Assembly (NCBI GenBank): GCA_009602725.1
Contig: WELB01000013.1
Location: forward strand, 421,380-485,379
Length of the DNA stretch: 64,000 nt
From: Spirogloea muscicola
Taxonomy: Eukaryota
Reading direction: 5' to 3'
Positions 24,030 to 41,393 of the stretch are shown piece after piece. The translations under genes and the position numbers were made by a program. The notes below the pieces were generated by a model that was given only the letters and a program-made list of their open reading frames with translations, had not been told where the DNA came from and searched no databases. The stretch's first letter is position 1. Each line of letters begins with the position of its first letter.

Positions 24030-26868
24030 TCTTACAGGTCTGTCGCCACCGACAGGACCCAACTTGGACAGAGTGCCAGGACCTGTAAGCCTCATGGTTG
24101 CATGGGATGCTTGTGCTGGTTTGAGGATTGGTTCCTGGGAAGGCAAGCGAAGCAAGCATGGCCAAATCATGCTTCCATGGCTTGCTGAAGGGCAAGGCTT
24201 AGATGACAGCAATTTAGAAGTCGACTTACCATTATAAAGGCAGGTCAACAGTGGTGGTAATCTGCTTCAGATTCTGCACACCGTGTTGAGGATAACGAGG
24301 ACTATGACAGTATTGGTGGTGAAGTGATGCGCAGCCAATTACAGTCCCGCATACCTCATCAGCAAGCAAGGTGCCAGTTAGCAAGCGAAGAAGGCGAATC
24401 TTGTCGACGAGGATCCCATGTCGCAGGCTTATGATGAACTGCCTGTGATTGATAACTGCACACAATGTGTGGCATGCAGTTCATCAACTTAATGCCTCAT
24501 TCGGTATAGCAGCTGCCTCAGAAGGACACTGCTCAATGAATCCCGTTGACACAGATGCCTCCATGATTAGCATGCGAATGGAAATGCCATAAACTAATGT
24601 CACAGATTGGTAGATAGTCAGCCACTGTGCAGAAGGTGCGCAGGCCACGTGACACATTCATGAGCACATCTGTAAGCAGCTGCAATGTCTGAAACTAGAT
24701 AATATTCTAGATGAGGTGCAGACTTTGCAAGTTGACTGACCATCCAAAGGTAGAAGCAGCTGCTGCACAGCCTGCCTGAGCCCCTCACTATTAAGCCCCT
24801 TCAGAGGGGGAACTACATTGCTGTAGCGGTGTCAAAGGAAGCATTGGAGTATTTCAGCTTGTTGAAACCCTGGTGGCATCTGTATTCTCCAACCACGCCC
24901 AGCCTTACAGATGAGATGGATAAGTGAGCCGGCAAGCATACCTTAGATCGACAACCAAGTCCTGCAGGTACCAGGCCCAGGCTTGCAGATCAAGCCAAGC
25001 TCTGTTTATCTTTGCGCAGCATAATGCAGGTCGGTGAGACCATAGGTCCAACTGGCAGGCTAGATGTGGTACGTCCAGTTGACCTACATGATGTTGGTGA
25101 CACGTAGCTAGATGGCGAGCGAAGGACATAGCGCAATGTAATACCTAAGGTGTGATGGAAGACATGACAATGAAGGACAACAACATGAAGCTGCGGACTA
25201 AGCTGTTCCGAACGCAGTGTCTTGCTATAATATTGACGTTGAGGGTGGACGTCCACCTCTCGATTTCCCCAGAAGTTGAGGGTGCTTATGCGTACTTGTG
25301 GTCGATCTGATGGCAACACAGCTAGCTCTCCAATGTACCTGCAAGTCCACAGAGTAAGCATCAAAACGCATGCATACCCAGCAAGTACAGTTAACCTAAG
25401 TGAAAGGTGGATTCAGCAGTACGCTTGGGAAAGCTGCAGATTGAGAGCTGCTGCAGAGCAGGTTGATTAGGTGTCGTCCTGCAACCCAGTGCTTACGTCT
25501 GTGTTTCTGTGAAGCTGAAGTATTCACATTATTGACAACATCATTACGTCTTGTGCTACAAGGCCCTTGAGATAGATAGTGGAGTGAGCAGCACTTTGCA
25601 CGGCTGCTAGAAGACATATTGCCAGGACTAGCACTCCCTGGTGTTGGTGCTTTAAGAAAGGACTTACCAACAAGAACCACCACTTGCCTTATAGCAGAGG
25701 CATGTTACTGGATGATATTTCTTGCTACATCTTCTATAAGGTATTTGACAGCTAACCTGCGAGAGTAGTACCAAAGAGCACCTGAGGCAGCCAGCGCTCC
25801 GCCTGAGACGGCGCCGACAGCAGCAAGCGTGGCCAGCGGCAGGCTGCCCTGTATGACGTGCGAGAGCAGCCAAAGGGGGCACAGCCAGCACAAATTAAAC
25901 ACAGCTGAGAACCCACAGGGCTGCAGCAGGCCATAACGCTATCACGACACTTCAACCTCCTCAGGACATATACAAACGGGCACAGACAGCCCCGTAGCTG
26001 ACAAGAGGTATAAGCAGACTAAGGATGAGGTGACAAGATCCTCGGGCAACTGCATTTGCACAGGCAGTCACTCCCAGCATAGCCAGAGTTGCATCAAAGT
26101 TGCCTCCCCACCAAACAGAAACGTAAGCAGAGCAAGGAACTGGAGCCAAATCAGCTAGATCTCAAACCCTGATAGTGGGGTTTTGTGGATGAGATGGTAG
26201 GCCCCAAAATTGAGAGCCGTTTATGGTAGGTTTGTAGCGCACCCCACTCGTGTACTGCGCGATGGGCAGAGCGAGCCCGGCAACGCCCATCAGCTGGAGG
26301 ACTTTGAATCTGGCAAAATCTCACAAAAGCCCACCACCAAGCAGAAGACGGCTTTGGTCAGAGAGGGCGGCATATCGGCGAAATGGCCGTCAGCACTGCC
26401 GGTTCGGGAGGAGGTGAGAGCCTGGCGACAGCAAGGTGTATGGGGTTATCCAGAGCCACCGCCAATGCTGGACACCTTGACGGCAGGTCTGAGCCCGTCG
26501 TCGCACTCGACAGGTCGTGGCGCAGCCAGACCTAACGGCGCCGCCGCAACGGCCGGGCGGGGAAAGCCGCGTCCAGAGCGCTGCCGTCAACGAGCAGACT
26601 GCTCAGCACAGAGCCGCCGGAGGCGGCGCACCTCACGGCGACGCGCAGGACCCGAATCCAGCGGCCGCGATACAGGACGAGGGGCCTCCCTGCCGGCGCC
26701 GCGTCAGTTTCGGCGGCGGCGCCCGGCCGACCATGGCCAGCCGCAGCCGCCGCGAAGGGCCTGCCGATGAACCGCGGCAACGGCAATGGGGGCGGCAGCG
26801 GTGGCGACGGCGGCAGCGGCCGCGGCGGCGGCGGCGGGCTGCAGCGCCGCGGCCGCGCCGCGCCACAT
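24030..26868 (-). CDS. TMEM186-like mitochondrial membrane protein (multi-exon; apparent frameshift near the start; 3' end approximate)
   Basis: VLYRGRWIRVLRVAVR/FKVLQLMG, ALWYYSRRYIGELA, VRISTLNFWGNRE and RQFIISLRHGILVDK follow the TMEM186 family pattern. Confidence 0.7.
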
Positions 26869-27472
26869 GGCCCTACACCCCGCGGGCTTCACGGCGGGGA
26901 GCCCGGCGAGGTGGCGATGACGGACCTGGCGTCAGCGTCGCCCTGGTGAGTGACGCTGGCGCTGACGCAGCGAAGGGGTGCACGGCCCACGGGGCCCCGC
27001 CGCCTGCACCTCACCGCTGATAGGCGGCTCTCTGTATCTTATTGGTAACTTCTCGCTGGACCCCCTATGAGCCGCTCAACGGCTGGGCGTCGTCAAGCCA
27101 CGATCGTCAGAAGGCAGCTAACCTGCGCAGCTGGGACTCTGCACGGATTGCTTCGCTAACATCTCGGTAAGCAGGGGGGGCCACGACGGCATCCCCGGCG
27201 CACGTGGTCGCCAGGAATCTCGCGGGATGCTGCCGGGCCCCGGGCCGAAGCGGGCGGAAGCCGTGGCGCCGCGCCCTCGTCCGGGGGCGGACCATGCCGC
27301 CGCCGTAAGGAGCCTCCGAGCACGTTCGAGGATGGCGTCCGCAGCGGCGCACCGTCGGCACCACATGTGCCGGGGCACAGCGAGGCGCGCTTCTCCCGTA
27401 CCCCCCGTGCTCGACCAGCTTGGCAATCCCCGAAGGCTCCTGACTATTGCCGCCGCCGCCGCCGCCGCCATT

Positions 27473-27510
<38 letters not shown>

Positions 27511-27775
27511 CGCTCTTGAAGTGGCCGCTCAGTTCTGCGACAGGAATCTCGCCATCTCTCGACGCCGCTTCCGTCGGCGACGGTGACGTGGAAAGCTTGG
27601 ACGGAAAGGAGTTGCAGGAATTGCCCGCCGCACAGGGCCGCGTTGGAGCAGCCTCCGCCCTTAGTCGCCGGCTCGTCGGGTGCTCGCTCAGCCGTCGTGG
27701 AACGCTGCCCGGGTCGTCAGGGCCAGCTCGAAGGACGGTCAAGGCCCCCGCAGGAGTGGGTCCCCACCTGGGGCA

Positions 27776-30207
27776 ATGGTCGCTGTTGAGGCCCCGACGC
27801 CTCTGAGCAGCTCGTTCCCGTTCCTCAAGCTGGCACTGTCCAGCACTCTCAGCGCCATGCTCACGCTTCTGAAGGCCAGCAGCGTCCTCGCCAGCCTCCT
27901 CGCCTCCGTGGGCTTGCCGACCGGCAAGAAGGCGCCACGGCCCCGCACAATCGCCTGCAAGGCATCACAGAGCAGGCAGGAGCACTCGCAGAAGCTTATC
28001 AGGTCGCTCTCCGACCTGTCCGAGGAGCTCAAGGACAACGTCTACAGCGCAGCGCCATTCACAAACCTACGGGGCCAAAGAATATTCACACAGTCCTGGC
28101 TACCTGCCGGGGGAGGCGGCATAAGGTGACCCACATCGACTGCCCCTGCAAGGGGTAGGAGATAGCTGCCACTTCGTAGAGCTTCTGTTTTCACGTTCTG
28201 TCCAGCTTACATGCGCCACAGTAGCCAAGGGCCGAGCTGATAGATCATCACTTGAGCAAGAGTTGGACGCGTTTCGCTTTCTTGTCATCAGGAGTGAGGT
28301 ATTCCTAAGTATGTGATGTGAAGTTGATTGGTCACAATGATGTTCTCCGGCTGTTGAAGTGATCTCACAGATTGCGGAACGATGTGCAGGGCGCTTGTCC
28401 TGGTGATTCACGGCCTGAATGAGCACGGCGGCCGATATGCAGCCTTTGCAAAGGCCTTGAATGTGCAGGGATTTGGGGTTTTTGCGCTTGACTGGATAGG
28501 TGAGGAGCATGCTATGGGCCCTTGGGTCTTGCCATTGGCCCTATGAATGACACTGCAGCAATGAGCATTTCCACGCTGTCATTAGCCACAAATCTATCTG
28601 GAAGGGTTTCTGGTTCTTGCTTTCATTGGCGAGGCCTCTAGAAGCCTGCTATTAATTCGTCAAGGATTCTTGTGGAAATTGCACAAATCTACCAACATCT
28701 GCAACCTGCATTTTCTCATCAGAGCTCTATGCTATTGACCCTTTTGCCACCTCGCTACTTGAGGTTGCAAAGTGTGACAAATGCAGTGGAGCTTATCATG
28801 TGTTGTCAATTGGCCCGTAGGTCATGGAGGAAGCGACGGCTTGCATGGGTATGTTGAGCGGCTGGAGTATGTCATCGACGACGTGGTGAGCCATTGCTAC
28901 TGCTGCTATCCACAGCAACTATAGGGCTTGCTGGTGGTTGTCAAGTCGAGTCGCGCTTGCCACTGCGTTGTTTTTTGGTACTGCTTGTCATCTGAGAGCC
29001 TTCTCCTTGATCTTACAGAGGACGTATCTGAAGATGGTCTCAACAAACCACCCGAATGTGCCCTGCTTTCTGTTTGGTCATTCTACGGGTGGAGCCATTG
29101 CCCTCCAGGTACAGGGTTGGACAGATTCGCTTACCTTTCACCCTGCTTTCAGAGGCTTGGCAAATTGTTGCCTGTCAGAGAGCAAGGCTACTACCTTGCT
29201 GCTTGTCATCCACAAATTTTTCAGAAGTGTTACACAAGGCTTTGGATTTCAGCACCTTTTGCGAGATGAGAGAGAGAGAGGGGAGGGAGGGAGGGAGGGA
29301 GGGAGGGAGGGNACGGAAGCATGCATTAGCTGCATGTATGCCTTTGTCAAGCTGGGTGTGGGGGGGGGAAGAGGCCAAAGGAGGCAGGGAGGGAGGGAGG
29401 GAGGGAGGGAGGGAGGGAGGGAGGTGCTTAGGCAGCCATGCTTGTCGTGCTGCTGGCCTGTTGTTGACAGCTGTACCTCTGTGTGATGCCAGGTGGCTGC
29501 ACTCGTAGCCAACAAGAGCCCGCTGGCTGGTCTCGTGCTCACGTCCCCAGCCATCATGGTCAACCAGCCGGCAGCCATCCTCTCGGTATGGAAGTTCACC
29601 CAGTCTCGCCTCCCTGTTCATAAGCAGTAGACGACTCTTACGTTTTGTGTCAGTGGTTTGCCTTATGATGTCAGCGGATGTCATTGTATGTCAATTCGAA
29701 GTTCTGCTTCCTTGGCTACGTCGCTGCAAGCCTTGCTGTTGGGCTCTGTCCAATCATTCACCGACATGGATTTGTGGCTGTGCTGTTGGGTGGCAGCTCC
29801 TGGCACCCATTGGTTCAGCGCTGGTGCCCATGTTCCAGGTGTCAGCAGCTGGCGGGCCGGCTATCAAGGTCTCACGAGACCCTGCAGCGTTGGTGGCAAA
29901 GTATGGTGACCCGCTGGTGTACACGGGCGGCATGCGGGCACGCACTGGGCAGGAAATTCTGCAGCTTACGGCGGCGCTGCGGCGTAGCTTGCACTCTGTG
30001 ACGACGCCGTTTATGGTGCTGCACGGTACAGAAGATCGGCTGTGTTTGCCGGCGGGCTCGGTGGCACTTCACCAGTGCGCCGCCTCTCCAGCTAAAGAGC
30101 TCAAGCTGTATGATGGCTTGTTGCACGACCTGCTCTTCGAGCCTGAGAAAGAGGCAATCATGGCAGACATTGTTGAGTGGATAAACCGGCGGCTCGCCGC
30201 CTCCTGA
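27776..30207 (+). CDS. Alpha/beta hydrolase, monoacylglycerol lipase / caffeoylshikimate esterase-like (start may lie further upstream)
   Basis: IFTQSWLP, VIHGLNEHGGRY, DWIGHGGSDG, GHSTGG nucleophile elbow, LHGTED, YDGLLHDLLFEPE. Confidence 0.92.
29268..29423 (+). repeat. Intronic (GA)n/(GGGA)n microsatellites with an N gap
   Basis: Direct inspection. Confidence 0.9.
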
Positions 30208-30599
30208 TCAACAGACATACACCATACTTGATGGCGTGCATTATGCCGTTTTTGCAGCAAGCACCCTCGCACCCTCTTGTGACATTGTAATTGCATCACA
30301 AGCACTAAGAATCAAGGAGGAGAGTAGTGGCTGCAGTTGCGTCTGCAGTCATTGGCAGATGAGTGGCTCCCAAGCCGGAGCTCCCGAAGCTTGGAAAGCT
30401 GCAACTTCTTGAGCTGCATCCTGTAATGTGTAATTATCGGCAGTAGAATGCTGGTATGCCCATAAGGTAAGAAAGGATCCGAGTAAGCAGGGTATTAGTT
30501 TGGCAGGGCCAGGAAGGCTGTGACTATCCGAGCCGACGGTGAGGTTTGGAGCACAAGGTCGCTTTGAACGTGTTCGGACATGGCGTCGACTATTGCCAT

Positions 30600-31375
30600 A
30601 CATGGAGAGAAGGCGCGCGGTGCGCATGAAATTGAAAGGGAGGCCAATTCTAGCCTTACAATACATAGGGTTGGGTAGGTGGGGGCGGGAGGAACCGAGA
30701 ATGAAGTGATCGCCCATAGAGGATCGCAGGCTGGCAACGATGCTAGCCGAGTGCGTGGTAGAGAAGAAGTGGCACTTCCAATGGGGGCAAGAGAGCAAGC
30801 GCGGCCAGATTAACTGGTGGCTGGGAGAGGCCAGCCCAAAAGAATGGACAAGGTCTGAAGGAGTCGGAGTGCTAAGGACTGAGGGCTGTGAAAAGCCAGC
30901 CCGAAGAAGAATTGACAAAGGTTCGAAGGGGCCAGATGAGGAGGGGCCCAAAAAGCGCTAAGCAGCTACGAAGGGGCCTGAAGATGCTTTTGTCAGAACG
31001 GGGGAGGATGGACCACTCAGTAGTTACGAGTGAGGAGCCTCAAATGCGACAGACTAGCCGCCGAGAGCAGGCGAGCGGTGCGCATGAAATGAAACGGGAG
31101 ACCAATCCAAACCAATACATTGTTCAGGATGAGAGAGGGCGCGCGCGGTGCGCATGATATTGAAAGGGAGGCCAATTCTAGCTGCCATGGCGTTTTAGGC
31201 CCCTCCGTCATTTGGCCCCTTCGAACCTCTGTCAGTTCTTTTCGGGCTGGCTTTTCACTGGCTAAGGGGGACACTAAATATCCCCGAGTGAGCACGTGCA
31301 TATCTGACGACATCAGGATGGGAAGCGGCACTCTTCTCTATGAGCGCGCACTTCTTCTATAGGCGAGCACTTTCT
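30600..31375. mobile_element. CRE-like 3' fragments: family H ends, A(-) 30762-31062 with nested B 30792-30881, A(+) 31192-31258, family I ends
   Basis: AASLSHLRLLTRNY* plus 3'UTR; repeated gcgcggtgcgcatga.attgaaagggaggccaattc module. Confidence 0.82.
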
Positions 31376-31376
31376 T

Positions 31377-32150
31377 GCCTTCGGCGCCAAATGGCTTGAC
31401 CTGCTTCACCGCCTTGCGCGGCGAGCAGCGGCCCGCCGCCACGGGCAGCAGGGCTAGGGGACCCGCTTCCAGGAACCCAGTCTCTCTGACCTGAGGCTGC
31501 TCAGCAGGGGTTACTGAGTGCTTCGTAGCTGCTTCGTTTCTTTTCTGTGCTTGTTGTTCTTTGTACTTCCCCTGGCCCCTTCTCGTCCTTTGTTCATTCT
31601 TTTCTGGGCTGGCTTTTTCTTCTTCTTCTTCTTTTCCAGCCCCTATCCTCAATGGGCGAGCCCTTCTTCTTCGAGCAGCCTGGCTTCAATGTCGCCGGGT
31701 CCCTCGCCCAAGTCTTCGGAGAGAAGAGTGCGAGAAGGGCTCGCCCATTGAGGATAGGGGCTGGAAAAAGCCAGCCCAGAAAAGAATGAACAAAAAACAA
31801 GTCTTCTGGATGCGCTTGGCCATCTCTTTGCAGCGGTCCCAGCTTTCGCGGTCCACTTGCGCGCAGGCCGCGCTTTGGCGGCTGCCTCCGGCTTCCGTCA
31901 GGGCGACGTCTTCCCGCCTGCTCGCTATTCAGATTTGCATCTACTGACTAGAGGTTACTGAGAGTCGAAAAAGCAGAAGTGGCTCTCCCAATCGGGGCAA
32001 GGGCTGTGAGAAGCCAGCCCGAAAAGCCCGAGAGTCCGCTTGCTGCTGTCTCAGTCCTTAGCACACCGGCTCCTTCAGACCTTGTCCATTCCTTTTGGGC
32101 TGGCCTCTCCCAGCCACCAGTTAATCTGGCCGCGCTTGCTCCTTTCTTCT
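31377..32150 (+). mobile_element. Family B CRE-like 3' fragment carrying three younger insertions (C+, C-, A-)
   Basis: AFGAKWLDLLHRLARR..EQPGFNVAGSLAQVF..MRLAISLQRS..LHLLTRGY* is collinear with 18863-19145 once the inserts are removed. Direct repeats caagtcttc and gagagtc flank two of the inserts. Confidence 0.88.
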
Positions 32151-32204
32151 AATGGGCGTCCAGTGTAGTGGGAGCCACGGTGGCGCCGCAATGGTGGCAA
32201 CGAT

Positions 32205-35084
32205 ATGGCGGAGAAGCCGACATCAACACCGACTGCAGGCCAGCGGCCCCCCCCCCCCGCCCCTCCCAGTCCATGCCGCCGCACTCCCGGCNTCGCGCTG
32301 TGCGGCGCCACCCTCCTCGTCCTCCTGGCGCTGGTCGCCCGCATGGGCCCGTCCTTGGAGCAGCCGCCGGACGCCGCCGCTGACGCCGCTGCCGGCGGCG
32401 CTCGCTCCGCTTTCCGGCCTCTCCGGCTCGCCTTTTTGACGCTCGAGTATAAGGCCGGCACCTTCAGCGGCAATGGCGTTTACTCGCAGGTCCCGAGCGC
32501 CGCTGGCCCTGCCGCTCTGCCTGCGTTCGATGCCTGGCTACCAAAGGCCTGCGTACGCAGCGAAAGTGTGTGGGAGGCACAGTGGTGGACGGCCGCCGCC
32601 AGCATCAGCCTCGGCTCGCTTTGCATCTGCCTGCTATGCTGCTGCAGCGTCTAGCTGCTGCAACAGCAATGGCGGTCGTATTGGTCTCCACGCAAGCTGC
32701 CGCTGAGGGATTTCGCCGCTGGCCGGGTTGTGGTTTCATTTGCAGTCAATGGTGCGTTCCTTATCGAAGCTCGGACACTCAGTGCTGGTGCTCAGCGGCA
32801 GGCCACCGGCAGGTGCAGTGGCTGGCAGGCCACGCTTCCCAGCGACGCGGTTTGGCTGTGGTGAACACGGCCTTGTCTGACGGCCCCCGCTGCGAGCCAC
32901 GTTATAGAGCTGAGCTTCTCGCTTTGTCCCCAGGGTGGGGCAGACAGGCTAGCAGTGCCGAGGCAGCGCCTGCCGAGGAGGCACGTGGCGTGCGGACCCT
33001 CGAGGCAGGGCTTGTGGAGATCCCAGTGCCCGTGTGGGGCCGCCTCGACTGGCGGTGCGGTTGGAAGGTCAGCTGGAGCATTCTCGTGCGAGCGCCTGGC
33101 GCAGCAAATACCCTCAATGGCCTCAATGCCATCAACTTTGATGCTTGTGCGGTGCACTAAGGGCTTGGTGCAAGCTTGCTACTACTTGCTGCTGCCAACA
33201 GCGAGCTGGCCATTGGCTCCATCAGCTGCATGCCGATGTCCCAGATCGGTGCGTTTTTGCTGGTGGTCATCATCGTATTGTAGGAGTTTGCGGCGGGCGT
33301 CTCTACCACGATGGTAGCGGAGGTCGTGCGATTCCGGCCCGACTGGGTGCTCATTGTCGACTGGTCAGCCCTGGACGCGTACCACCAGTTGGCGGAAAGG
33401 TAGCGGCACTCCATGCAGCCTCTTGAATGCCACTCCTGTTACAATAGATATTGCCGTCTTCTCTCTATGCTGCCAGAGGTTGCTGCCACCTGCACACAAT
33501 CTCTGGCCAGACGCGCACTCTGCAGCCCTCTTTGCATGCTTCTGCTTTTGTGGTGCTGGGGAGGCTGACATGCCTGATTACTGGCGCAGTGAAGCCTGGG
33601 AGGCAGCACTCCTGCCCCTACCGCCCATGGCCTACCTAAACTACCGTGTATACACCCTCTCGGAGTACCAGGGTAACGAGGGCGAGCAGGAGCGGGCTTT
33701 CTACAGGTCTCGCCTGCTTGCCCTCAAGCGTTGCAGGCAATTGCTTTGCTAAACATCTACAGCTCCGCTGGGCCACACGGGTATTGCGGTTCTACAGAGG
33801 CAGTCATTTCTGTTGTTTTTAATGGCAGGGGCAAAGAGTCAGATGCTGTGGCGATAGCGTCGGCCGTCATCGGACTCAGCTCTCTGGATGCAAGCTACCT
33901 CAAGAAGGGCGAGTAGCTCCCAACCCTCGCCCCGCCAGCCTGACAGTGGCCAGGCTACATGTGTGCAACAGGACATCAACTGTTGCAGCTCTCATGTGGA
34001 GTTCTTTGCAGAGCTGGGAGCGGCTAGGAGGCCGGATGTGAGGGTGCACGCCCTCCTGCCCCCTCTGAGGGAGGACATCCGAGTGCTGTCTACGGCAGGA
34101 GACAACGCTGAAATAACAGCCAGGAGCTACTTGTCGTGCTGTGTGCGGCTATCCCCGGAGAAAAACGCCGAGCTCTTTGCCAGCCTGGTGGAGGAGCTTG
34201 CTCCATTCCTGCAGGCGGAGAAGATCACGCCGCTGCTCTGCCTTGGCGCCGGAGCCAGGACCGAGTATGCCGAGGGCGTGAAGGCGAGAGTGGTTGCTGC
34301 CTCGCCGGATGCTGTGCTCATCCATGGCTTCATGGGCCCACAGGAGATGGCCACAGTGTACTCGCAGGTCCTTGTGGCTTCCACTACATGCCATGCATAC
34401 GGTAGCGTACTCAGTTGCATGTATGTGGTGCAAGAATCCCCACAACCCTACTGACTTCTCGGACTTGATTAAGTAGAACTTGGACTCATGTAGCTGCCAC
34501 ATGTGCCACATGACATACTTTGCATTGAATTTCTGCTGTAGGCCCTTAAATGACAAACCCTTGCTTCTTGTCTTGTGTGAATTTGCAGACGCTGCTGAAC
34601 GTTCACCCGTGCGTTTACGATGCGTACGGCATGACGGTCGTGGAGGCGGCTGCTTTTGGTGCACCCAGCATCGTCCACCAGGGCCCTGCAGGCGCAGTTG
34701 GAGCCACCGAGCTCCTTAATCCGGCACAGGGCCTGGCTGTTGGGGTGGACTTAAGCAGCGACGCCACTCAAGCTGCTACCAAGGTCATCATCCTTGGTTT
34801 CACATAGAGGTGCCTGTTTGAGTTCTGCAGCCTGCACCTGATTCGCGGCTGCTGGCCCTCTTTTACAGTCATGCTGGCCCATCTCCTTCAGTGGCAAGTC
34901 ATGCTGATTTGCATTTGCCTGACCTTTGCAACTTCAGATCGCTGCAGCTCTGAAGGACCGACGACACCTCGCTGCAGTGGGGCAGAAGGCCAGCGCAAAG
35001 AGCATCCAGTGGAGCGAGGAGGCTAACGCCCTCATGCTGACAGAGATCCTTGTCACCACTTTGGGCGGCCCTGCTCCGGCTTGA
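32205..35084 (+). CDS. GT-B fold glycosyltransferase (family 4-like) with an N-terminal membrane anchor; N gap at 32292
   Basis: RLAFLTLEY..GTFSGNGVY, CVRLSPEKN, NVHPCVYDAYGMTVVEAAAFGAP (GT4 D/E-x7-E motif). Confidence 0.85.
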
Positions 35085-35520
35085 CTTTCGGACAAGTTGG
35101 ACATTTGTGTGCGTGTGTGTGTGTGTTTGTTTCCTGTATGGCTCATGGATACGCAACACGGGTAGGGCTGCGAGGTGCACAACTTATGGATAAGAGCGGC
35201 TACTCGTGTCAAGATAGGAGGCTGTGATGTGCTCTTCCAGATGCTAGCATCCATGGGCATATGAGGTCTCCACACACAGTCTCTTGTATGTGCCATTACC
35301 GTATCTCTGAACAAGTGATGAAAGTACACACCACTAAATGGGAGAAACGCAAGAATGTACTACTCGACGACGTCGAACCGGGTATACATTGGAAGAAGAG
35401 TTCTCAGGCTGGCATGGCTGATGCAAATCCGAGCGCTGGAAATGGCCGTATAGAATGAAGGTAGTGCCCTACTGTCCGTCTGGCAGGCACAACAGCCCTA
35501 GGACAAGTCTGAGGCGGGAG

Positions 35521-41171
<5,651 letters not shown>

Positions 41172-41393
41172 GGTGGCGGCCGCGGCGGCGACGGCGGCGG
41201 CGGCGGCGGCGGCGGCGGGCTCTGGAGAAGGGGCCATGGCGGTCAGAAAGCTGCAGGCTGGCGGCGTCCCCGCGGAAGCATTCAGAGCGGATTGGCGAAC
41301 CACCTCTGATCGTAGATCTATCAATAAGCTGATTGTTTGAGCAAGGCTCTCGTCGCGGGCTGCGTTCAGTGCGTTCGGGCCCCTCTAGTATCT

